Made by a program: the position numbers and the translations under genes. A stretch of 64,000 nt of DNA. Source: an uncultured Verrucomicrobiae bacterium. Its GTDB lineage: Bacteria > Verrucomicrobiota > Verrucomicrobiia > Chthoniobacterales > JAATET01. Below the pieces are notes generated by a model. That model made no database searches. It was given only the letters and a program-made list of their open reading frames with translations, and was not told the origin of the DNA. The DNA lies in assembly GCA_963832325.1 (NCBI GenBank), contig CAWHTR010000002.1, positions 135,821 through 199,820 on the forward strand. The letters are read 5' to 3'. Below, in pieces: positions 1 to 7,295 of this stretch. Positions within the stretch are counted from its first letter, which is position 1. Each line of letters begins with the position of its first letter.

Positions 1-453
1 AGATTTGACTACGCGTTCCTTGATTGCCCACCCTCGCTCGGGTTGGTGATGACGAACGCGTTGGTGGCGGCGGACGAGATTCTGATGCCGATCCAGGCGG
101 AATATTACGCCCTGGAGGGGTTGTCGACTTTGATGATGGTGATCAACCAGATCCGCGAGGCGGCCAATCCGGGGTTGGCGATTTCCGGGATGGTGATGAC
201 GATGTACGACTCCCGGACGAATTTGAATCAAGCGGTGGTGCGGGACGTGCGCGAACACTTCGAGGAAGTGGTCTACGACGTAGCGATCCCGCGATCGGTG
301 CGGTTCGGCGAAGCACCCAGTTTTGGCCGAACGATCTTTGAGCATGATCCGAAGGGGGTGGGTGCGGAGGCCTACTTGGCGCTGGCGGAGGAATTTCTCA
401 CCCGCCAAGAGTCCGGGATGCGGTTTGTGAGTCCGCCGGAAGTGGTGGCTTGA
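1..453 (+). CDS. parA: ParA/Soj-family partition ATPase, C-terminal part (5-prime end lies left of the window)
   Basis: Frame 1 is open from base 1 (RFDYAFLDCPPSLGLVMTNALVAADEILMPIQAEYYALEGL...). This matches the ParA/Soj DCPPSLG core and downstream helices. Stop TGA at 451-453. Confidence 0.85.
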   Translation, partial: RFDYAFLDCPPSLGLVMTNALVAADEILMPIQAEYYALEGLSTLMMVINQIREAANPGLAISGMVMTMYDSRTNLNQAVVRDVREHFEEVVYDVAIPRSVRFGEAPSFGRTIFEHDPKGVGAEAYLALAEEFLTRQESGMRFVSPPEVVA

Positions 454-459
454 ACGATT

Positions 460-1026
460 ATGAATGAAATCTTGGACCTATTCCGTCAGACAGGGGCGTT
501 GCTGCAGGGCCACTTTTTACTCAGAAGTGGGCTGCACAGCCGGGAGTTTTTCCAGTGCGCGTTGCTTTTGCAGGATACGGCGGTGGCATCGCGGGTTTGC
601 GGAGAGCTGGCGGACCGGCTGCGCGAATACGAGGCACCGACGGTGGTCTCGCCAGCGGTCGGAGGAATTATTGTCGGCCAGGAGGTAGCGCGGCAGCTGG
701 GGCGACGGCACATCTTCATCGACAAGGATGGAGAAGGTGGGCTGGTGCTCAAGCGCGGCTTCACCATCGCGGAAGGAGAGCGTGTGATCGTCGCTGAGGA
801 CGTGGTGACGCGCGGGGGCCGGGTGCAGGAAACGGTCGACATCATCCGAGACCAGGGCGGCGTGGTCGTGGCCGTCGGGAGCATCGTGGACCGGAGCGGG
901 GGGAATTTGCCGGACTTTGGCTGTCCGTTCGTCGGACTCGTGCAAATGACCCCGGAGACCTTTGCGGCGGACGCGGTGCCCGAAGACCTGAAAGGCGTGC
1001 CGGCGATCAAGCCCGGAAGTGTCTGA
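460..1026 (+). CDS. pyrE: orotate phosphoribosyltransferase
   Basis: 188 aa with ATG at 460. PRPP-binding loop VIVAEDVVTRGGR. N-terminal LLQGHFLLRSGLHS is typical of the PyrE family. Confidence 0.85.
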   Translation: MNEILDLFRQTGALLQGHFLLRSGLHSREFFQCALLLQDTAVASRVCGELADRLREYEAPTVVSPAVGGIIVGQEVARQLGRRHIFIDKDGEGGLVLKRGFTIAEGERVIVAEDVVTRGGRVQETVDIIRDQGGVVVAVGSIVDRSGGNLPDFGCPFVGLVQMTPETFAADAVPEDLKGVPAIKPGSV

Positions 1027-1095
1027 GGGACGTGGCGAACCGACGCGTTTTGATCGCCGGTCGGGTGAGCGATTAAGACACCGTCGCCGCTTCGA

Positions 1096-1591
1096 TCATC
1101 TGGCTTGGTTGACCATGACGGTGTCGAGGTCTCGAACGGAGCCGTCGGGAAAGATCATGAGAGCCTCCGTTACCATGGATATTCCCGATCTCGACGAGCC
1201 AGGGCATGTTCGACCATTTGAGCGGGGTAATCGGGTTGGAGTCGAACATCGTGGGCGAGTAGCTGATGAGGGGTGATCCGCCGTCCTTGGTGATGGATCC
1301 GAGACGGGTAAGGCCAGGACATTTCCACGCCGCATCGGGGACGTCGTAGGGCTTGAGCTTGTCGATCCACCATTTGCCGTAATCGTCCTCTTGGTTGACG
1401 CCGAAGTGCGGTTGTTGTGGCCAGTTCCCGACGTTCTTGAGGTACGAGTCCAGACCAATGTAGAGAACGCGGAGGTTGGCGGTGCATTTCGCCCGGTCGC
1501 CGATGCCGTGCATGCGGCTGGCCACTCCAACCAGGAGCGTTGCGATGATGGCGACAATGCCCAGAACGGCGAGAAGCTCCACGAGGGTCAA
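1096..1591 (-). pseudogene. prepilin-type N-terminal cleavage/methylation-domain protein with an H-X9-DG C-terminus; frame disrupted as written
   Basis: N-terminus ...GLTLVELLAVLGIVAIIATLL is a class III signal/pseudopilin helix. The C-terminal motif reads correctly only after a 1-nt frame change near 1164-1168. Frame A runs to 1073 with a basic nonsense tail. Frame B gives ...ALMIFPDGSVRDLDTVMVNQAR with its stop at 1096. The TTG start at 1591 is uncertain because the frame stays open upstream to 1651. Confidence 0.6.
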
Positions 1592-1644
1592 CCCCGTGGA
1601 GCTTCTAGAAGGCCGGTAAACTAGCTGCTGCAGAGAAGTCTCCG

Positions 1645-2355
1645 CTAGTTGTTACCCGTGGTGCTGGTGGAGCTGCTCGAAGTGCCCCCTCCCGCGCCTT
1701 GGGCGATCACGCTATTGCGGACCCCTTGAAAGGTGAATGGATTCGGAACGACATTTGGGTCAGGATCGAGCGAACCGCTGGGAATGACAAATTGGTTCGT
1801 TTGAATAATGCTGGTGAGGCCGCCCTGAGAGTCCGGAATGAAGATAACGGTGTTGGTCTCGGATGCAGCGCTAGTGATCTCACCATCGCCGCCGAAGGAG
1901 GAGAGACGATCTTCAAGATCAAGACTGCCTTCGAAGAATCCGTTTGCACGGTTGCCGCGGACGATGAAGACGAGGGGGAGTTCAGTTGATCCCTGATCGT
2001 TAGTCGGGACCACGAAATCCTGCCCACCGAGAACGCCTGCGAGGTCCTTGCCGGTGATGGAAGCTGTGGTGCCTCCGGTGACGACGTTGCCGTTTACAAA
2101 GAAGACGTAGGTGTTAGCTCCGGGGAGCTGGGTTTGCACGCCGCCCTGGTAGGCGAAGCGAATGATTCCGGTCAGATTATCGCCGCGGGCGGTTGCCTGG
2201 TAACTGCCGTCGATCCCGCTCTGGAGCGGTGAGAGATTGGAGAAGGGACCCGGGCCACCGAAGGAGCCGGCCTGCGAAACACCCATGGAGACCAGGGCAA
2301 CGAGCGATGAGAGGATGGGGAGTTTCATAGTTTTGTTTTGCCGATGAGATTTCAT
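1645..2355 (-). CDS. secreted hypothetical protein
   Basis: 236-aa ORF with signal-peptide-like MKSHRQNKTMKLPILSSLVALVSMGVSQA (alternative start at 2328). Gly/Thr-rich beta-type composition and a Ser/Thr tail. No family recognised. Confidence 0.5.
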   Translation of the reverse strand: MKSHRQNKTMKLPILSSLVALVSMGVSQAGSFGGPGPFSNLSPLQSGIDGSYQATARGDNLTGIIRFAYQGGVQTQLPGANTYVFFVNGNVVTGGTTASITGKDLAGVLGGQDFVVPTNDQGSTELPLVFIVRGNRANGFFEGSLDLEDRLSSFGGDGEITSAASETNTVIFIPDSQGGLTSIIQTNQFVIPSGSLDPDPNVVPNPFTFQGVRNSVIAQGAGGGTSSSSTSTTGNN

Positions 2356-2392
2356 TTTGGCAGGGGTCGGTCAAGCGCTTTCTGCTGACGGC

Positions 2393-3358
2393 TCAGTGAT
2401 TTCTGCCAATGATTGGCAACGTGGACCGCAGCAAGGCGGCAGAATTGTTGATGGGTTCGACCAAGGTGGAAGGGAGGTTGGCGGGAACCAAGAAAAACGA
2501 ACCGGTCGAAAAGACCTGTCCCGCGCACGACACTTCGCCGGCGACGACGGCGAAGATCGCGAAAGCGGCGTCGTCCAGCGCACGGCGGGGCGCATCGAGT
2601 TTCCAATTTTCGATCACGAAATGTTCGCAAACGGCGATGATGTCGCTGTCGGCGGGATTGAGGTCGGGTTCGAAGTCTTCGAAGTCGATCGAGGCGAGGG
2701 ATTCTTCGAGGTGGAGTTGGCGGGGCATCCCGTCGAGGCCGGATCGATTCCAATCGAAGACGCGGTAGGTGGTGTCGCTGTTCTGCTGAACTTCCACGAT
2801 GAGGCAACCTTCCCCGATCGCGTGCAGGCGTCCGCTGGGGATGAAGATACTTTCGCCGGAGTTGACGGGTTTGCGGCAGATCACGTCCTCGATTTGCCCG
2901 TTCGCGAGAGCGGTATCGAAAGCTTGCCGGGTGGTGCCTCGCTTGAGGCCCGCGTAGATCGAGGCACCCGGAAGGCAGTCGAGGAAATACCAGGCTTCGG
3001 TCTTAGGTTCACCGTTCAGCGCGGCGGCGGAGTGGGCCGGGGGGTGAACTTGGACGGACAGTCGCTCGCGGGCGTCGAGGATCTTGATGAGCATCGGAAA
3101 GCGCGGCGCCGGGTGCGCGGCGTAGGCTTCTCCGAAGATCTCGGCTCGGTGCTGGGTCCAGAGGTCGTGGAGAGTGGCTCCGGTGTGAGGTCCGGAATGA
3201 ACGACGCTTTGAGCATCGGCGCGGTCCACGACCTCCCAGGATTCGCCGAAAGGGGAACTCGGCGGAATTTTTTTCCCGAGGGTGCTCTCAAGACGACGGC
3301 CTCCCCAGACGCGTTCCATGGGGAGAGGTTCGAAGGTGATGGCTTGGGAATCGGTCAT
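2393..3358 (-). CDS. manA: type I mannose-6-phosphate isomerase (cupin)
   Basis: Begins at the internal ATG 3358 (MTDSQAITFEPLPMERVWGG...). Contains ERLSVQVHPP, KTEAWYFL and IPSGRLHAIG, which are typical of class I PMI. Confidence 0.8.
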   Translation of the reverse strand: MTDSQAITFEPLPMERVWGGRRLESTLGKKIPPSSPFGESWEVVDRADAQSVVHSGPHTGATLHDLWTQHRAEIFGEAYAAHPAPRFPMLIKILDARERLSVQVHPPAHSAAALNGEPKTEAWYFLDCLPGASIYAGLKRGTTRQAFDTALANGQIEDVICRKPVNSGESIFIPSGRLHAIGEGCLIVEVQQNSDTTYRVFDWNRSGLDGMPRQLHLEESLASIDFEDFEPDLNPADSDIIAVCEHFVIENWKLDAPRRALDDAAFAIFAVVAGEVSCAGQVFSTGSFFLVPANLPSTLVEPINNSAALLRSTLPIIGRNH

Positions 3359-3517
3359 GGGTTTCTCAATACAACGACATCTTGAGCAGAAGGAAATGGT
3401 GGGAACAAAGGAGAATACAATTCGAACGCAGATTTTGGAACCCAGCACCGGAGCCGGGAGGATTCGGGCAGATCGTGGTGGCGGGGCATTGAAGCCTGTG
3501 GGTGACGGGCTTGGGAG

Positions 3518-3904
3518 TTACTCGGAAAAGCGGGGCACTGGGTCCTCGAGTGAGCGGTGGCAACGGACAGCCACGTGCTCCGTGTGGGGGAGAATGTGTT
3601 TGCGGATCGTGACGTCGACTGAGACGACGGTGAATTCGACGAGGAGGGTTTGGGCGATTTCGTGAGCGAGGGTCTCGATGAGTTGGCGCGGGCGGGCGGA
3701 GGCGAGGGTCTCGATCCGGGTTGCGACGGCGGCGTAGTCGACCGTGGCTTCGATGCGGTCGCCGAGGTTGGCGAACGAGGTCCTGGGGGTGAGAATGAGG
3801 TCGATGAGGAGGGTCTGCGGGTTGGCGCGCTCGGCATCGGGAACTCCGATGTGCGTGGTGACGCGGAGGCCGCGAACCTCGATGGTGTCGGGGATGAGGT
3901 TCAT
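3518..3904 (-). CDS. folB: dihydroneopterin aldolase
   Basis: 128 aa. IEVRGLRVTTHIGVPDAERANPQTLLIDLIL fits the FolB/DHNA signature. The start overlaps the upstream stop (ATGA at 3901-3904). Confidence 0.8.
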   Translation of the reverse strand: MNLIPDTIEVRGLRVTTHIGVPDAERANPQTLLIDLILTPRTSFANLGDRIEATVDYAAVATRIETLASARPRQLIETLAHEIAQTLLVEFTVVSVDVTIRKHILPHTEHVAVRCHRSLEDPVPRFSE

Positions 3905-4521
3905 TCGCCCAGAAGACGTTGGAGGGAGGCGAGATTGTCAACGATGACGGCTGGGTTGGCGGGGAGCAGTTTCTCCACTGTGTCGAAGCCGGTGGTGACG
4001 GCGACGCCGAGGATGCCGCCGTGGCGGGCGGTTTCGATGTCGTGAACCATATCGCCGACGAACATGGTTTCGGTCGGATCGAGGGAATGAATGGCGAGGA
4101 TCTCGCGGATCTTTTCGCGTTTGTCCATGATCCCGACGTAAGCGTGCTCGAACGAGTCGCGGACGCCGAGGCGGGTGGCCTGGGTGTCGAAATGGGAGGG
4201 CTTGATGGTGCTGAGGAGGAACGTGCGGCGTTCGGTGCGGCGGCAGAAGTCGAGAAAGTCGAGGGTGCCGGGGAGAAGGAGGACGTCGTCCTGAAGGCCG
4301 GCGAAGTGGTGTTCGTAGAGTTCCTCCAGTCCCTCGGCCGTCGCCTCGGGGAGGAGTTCGGCATAGAAGCCGGAGAACGGAAGGCGGAAGTGGTGGCGAA
4401 ACTCGTCGCGGGTGAGATCACGGCGACCGTATTGGCGGAAGATGGCGTTCGTGGCTGCGATGACGGGACCGAGGTCGTCGGCCAACGTGCCGGACCAGTC
4501 GAGGAGGACGTTTCTAATCAT
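3901..4521 (-). CDS. HAD-superfamily hydrolase (phosphoglycolate phosphatase-like)
   Basis: 206 aa. Motif I-like LLDWSGTLADD and motif IV FVGDMVHDIETA. Confidence 0.8.
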   Translation of the reverse strand: MIRNVLLDWSGTLADDLGPVIAATNAIFRQYGRRDLTRDEFRHHFRLPFSGFYAELLPEATAEGLEELYEHHFAGLQDDVLLLPGTLDFLDFCRRTERRTFLLSTIKPSHFDTQATRLGVRDSFEHAYVGIMDKREKIREILAIHSLDPTETMFVGDMVHDIETARHGGILGVAVTTGFDTVEKLLPANPAVIVDNLASLQRLLGE

Positions 4522-4588
4522 GCAATTTGCGATGGATGCCCTGAGGTTGGCTCGACGATGGTCGTTTTGCCCCGACGAGTGAAACGTC

Positions 4589-4942
4589 CTACGTGCGGAA
4601 GCGGAGTTCCTTGACCGTCTTGACCCCGAATTTGGAGCGGAGTTTTTTCAAAATTTCCGGGCGCCAAGTCCGGTCGAGTTCGTAGCGAACGCTGGGCTGG
4701 AGAACCTGAACGTGAAGGATGCCGTCGACGAGGCGGACGGGGGTGGAGTGCTGGGCGATGAATTCGCCGACGACTTCGCGCCAAGCGGCGAGGATCTCGC
4801 CTTCGTCGATGCGTTCGGTGAGGCCGAGTCGACTGATGAGTGCCTGGACGGCGTCGGCGGCCGCGACGGTGCGGTCGGGTCGATCGTTTTCCGGCAGCCC
4901 CCTCCATTCCTGGAGGACCAGGCGGTGGAGGGATTTGGTCAT
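4589..4942 (-). CDS. DUF721 (DciA-like) protein
   Basis: Starts at the internal ATG 4942 (MTKSLHRLVLQEW...). ...VRLVDGILHVQVLQPSVRYELDRTWRPEILKKL resembles the DUF721 family. The upstream part of the track ORF is Pro/Ser-rich junk. Confidence 0.6.
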   Translation of the reverse strand: MTKSLHRLVLQEWRGLPENDRPDRTVAAADAVQALISRLGLTERIDEGEILAAWREVVGEFIAQHSTPVRLVDGILHVQVLQPSVRYELDRTWRPEILKKLRSKFGVKTVKELRFRT

Positions 4943-4955
4943 CGAATCCGGACGA

Positions 4956-5189
4956 CTAAGCGCCGTCGTTGCCGATGGCTTCGACGGGGCAGCCTTCCAT
5001 CGCCTCGGCGCAGAGGGTGCGTTCTTCGTCGGTTTCGGGCTGCTTGTAAACGTAAGAATAGCCCCCGTCGTCGTTCCGGGTAAAATTCGCGGGAGCGGTC
5101 TCGCGGCAGAGGTCACAGTCGATGCACTGGTCGTCGCAATAGAACGCGCCTTCTTTGTTGTCGGAGTATTTATTTTCTACGTCGGCCAT
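4956..5189 (-). CDS. small single-cluster ferredoxin
   Basis: 77 aa. Cys pattern CIDCDLC ... CP (CxxCxxC...CP). Confidence 0.8.
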   Translation of the reverse strand: MADVENKYSDNKEGAFYCDDQCIDCDLCRETAPANFTRNDDGGYSYVYKQPETDEERTLCAEAMEGCPVEAIGNDGA

Positions 5190-5278
5190 GGTGTTTGTCC
5201 TTTTGGACGTCGCAAACTAGAAACCGGGCGGGGGATTGCAATTGTTTTTTCCGGGGAATGCCCGATTTTCGTCGGTTC

Positions 5279-6100
5279 ATGGATTCCACTACCACCCCGA
5301 TTTTGCCGATTGAAGGCCGCCACGTTCTCCATATTTTCTACCGGGTCGACTACGGGTCGTGGGATCTGCTCAGCAACGAGGACCGGCTGGTCGCGAAGAC
5401 GGATCTGGCAAATCTGGTGAAGGACGTGCGGGCGGAGGACGAGACGCAGTTGCTCACGCTGAGCATGGTGACGCCGCGGTCGGACCTGGGATTCATGCTG
5501 GTGTGTCCCGATCTGCAGGATTTGGATCGGATCTCGAAGCAGTTGACCTTGTCGCTGGGGGCGGGGATTTTGACACCGGAGTTCAGTTATTTATCGATGA
5601 CGGAGCGGAGTGAATACACGACGAGCGAAGCGGAATACGCGGCGTCTCTGGAGGCCGAGGACGGGTTGAAAGTCGGGTCGCCGGAGTCGGACGCGAAGCT
5701 GGTCGAATTCCGTGAACGCATGAAGAAATACGCGAACGACCGGCTGGAGCCGAACCTCGCGGATTGGCCGGTGTTTTGTTTCTACCCGATGGCGAAGAGG
5801 CGCGCGGTGGGACAGAATTGGTACGCGTTGGATTTTGAGACGCGGAAGAAGCTGATGGCCGGGCACGCAAAGGTTGGGCGGACTTACGCCGGTCGGGTTC
5901 GGCAGTTGATCACCGGGTCGACGGGTTTGGATGACGCGGAGTGGGGGGTGACGTTGTTTGCGCACACGACGAGCGAGATCAAGGCGATCGTGTACGAGAT
6001 GCGGTTCGATCCGGTGAGCGCGGAGTACGCGGACTTCGGGGAGTTTTACATCGGGATCCAATTGCCGTTGGACCAGTTGTTTTCGAGGTTGGGGGTGTGA
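5279..6100 (+). CDS. hemQ: chlorite dismutase-family heme enzyme (HemQ/ChdC-like coproheme decarboxylase)
   Basis: Start taken at ATG 5279 (MDSTTTPILPIEGRHVLHIFYRVDY...; alternative start at 5258). Later WPVFCFYPMAKRR, NWYALDFETRKKLMAGHAKVGRTYAG and EWGVTLFA are typical of the Cld/HemQ fold. Confidence 0.75.
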   Translation: MDSTTTPILPIEGRHVLHIFYRVDYGSWDLLSNEDRLVAKTDLANLVKDVRAEDETQLLTLSMVTPRSDLGFMLVCPDLQDLDRISKQLTLSLGAGILTPEFSYLSMTERSEYTTSEAEYAASLEAEDGLKVGSPESDAKLVEFRERMKKYANDRLEPNLADWPVFCFYPMAKRRAVGQNWYALDFETRKKLMAGHAKVGRTYAGRVRQLITGSTGLDDAEWGVTLFAHTTSEIKAIVYEMRFDPVSAEYADFGEFYIGIQLPLDQLFSRLGV

Positions 6101-6195
6101 TCGGTCCTTCCCAGGATTTCGGCGGGAGCGGGGCGACCGGTCTCGAGGCATCGATGCTGTCCGGCGCGGGAGGTCGTCGGGAGCAAACGCGTCGC

Positions 6196-6792
6196 ATGCT
6201 TGACTGCCCGGACTGCGGTGCGGGGGTAAGAGATCGGGCGTTGGGCCGGGGGGAGTCCTTGCGGTGTCGCCGGTGCGGGGGAAGGGTGAAGTCCGGTCGT
6301 GGACCCGCGATGTTTCAAACGATGTTGGCGCTGGCGGTGACGGGTCTGGTCCTGGCGGTGCTCGCAAACGCCGAGCCGATCCTCACGCTGAACGTCGCGG
6401 GAAATCGGCAGTCGAATGAGATCGTGACTGGGATCGCGGGACTGGTGGGGCAGGGTTATTGGCCGGTGGCCGGTCTGGTTTTGTTCGCGGCTGTGGTGGG
6501 TCCGCTCCTGCACCTGACGGCGGTGGCCTACTTGTCGGCGGCTTGTTGTGCCGGACGGCGGTGGGTGGGGGTGGAGCAGTGCGCTAGGGTGATCGAGCGG
6601 CTGGCTCCTTGGAATCTGGTGATGGTGTACGCGGTGGGGATCCTCGTGGCGGTGGTGCGTTTGGAGTTGTTGGGTGAGGTGGAGTGGCGGCGGGGATCGT
6701 TGTGGATCGTCCTGCTGTCGATTTGTTCGATGGTGGTGGTCGGGATGTTTGACCGGGTGGCGGTCGACGAGAAGTTGGCGGTGTTGCGGTGA
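6196..6792 (+). CDS. PqiA/LetA-family integral membrane protein, first half-gene
   Basis: ATG at 6196 (alternative 6154). N-terminal zinc-ribbon-like CPDCG...CRRCG followed by several TM helices. The stop overlaps the next start (GTGA at 6789-6792). Confidence 0.75.
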   Translation: MLDCPDCGAGVRDRALGRGESLRCRRCGGRVKSGRGPAMFQTMLALAVTGLVLAVLANAEPILTLNVAGNRQSNEIVTGIAGLVGQGYWPVAGLVLFAAVVGPLLHLTAVAYLSAACCAGRRWVGVEQCARVIERLAPWNLVMVYAVGILVAVVRLELLGEVEWRRGSLWIVLLSICSMVVVGMFDRVAVDEKLAVLR

Positions 6793-7295
6793 GGGCGGAC
6801 GATCCGATTCGCGTGCAGCGGGTGGCGGCGTTGGTGGTGGCGGGAATTGTGCTCTACGTGCCCGCCAACGTGTTGCCGGTCATGACGATCACGGTGACGG
6901 GTCAGGTCGAGGTGCTGACGATCATCGGCGGAGTGCTGGAGCTGTATCACTCCGGGTTGGCGCCGGTGGCGGCGATCGTCTTTCTGGCGAGCATCGTGGT
7001 TCCCTTTGGCAAACTGGCGGGGATGTCGTGGTTGCTGTTGATGCACGGGAGCGGGAAGCTGCGGCGCGAGCGGACGACGCTGCTGCGGTTTCTGCACCTG
7101 ATCGGAAACTGGTCGATGATCGATTTGTTTCTGCTGTCGATTCTGGTGGGCGTGGGGCAATTGGGGATTCTCGCGAGCGTGGTGGCGGGGCCGGGAGCGT
7201 TCTTTTTCGCGGCGGTGCTGGTGGTGACGCTGACGGCGGCGGCTATTTACGAAACGGATTTGATCTGGCAGAACGTCGGGGCTGAGGCGACCTGA
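6789..7295 (+). CDS. PqiA/LetA-family integral membrane protein, second half-gene
   Basis: 168 aa with a GTG start. TM-rich, with NWSMIDLFLLSILV as in PqiA repeats. Its stop overlaps the ATG of the MCE gene (TGATG). Confidence 0.7.
   Translation: MRADDPIRVQRVAALVVAGIVLYVPANVLPVMTITVTGQVEVLTIIGGVLELYHSGLAPVAAIVFLASIVVPFGKLAGMSWLLLMHGSGKLRRERTTLLRFLHLIGNWSMIDLFLLSILVGVGQLGILASVVAGPGAFFFAAVLVVTLTAAAIYETDLIWQNVGAEAT

Noticed and set aside
6785-6795. Possible sixth frameshift splitting one pqiA gene into two
   Set aside because: The junction is a clean GTGA start/stop overlap. Fusing the ORFs would need a deletion rather than the insertion seen at the other five sites. Two-gene PqiA arrangements are a known configuration.
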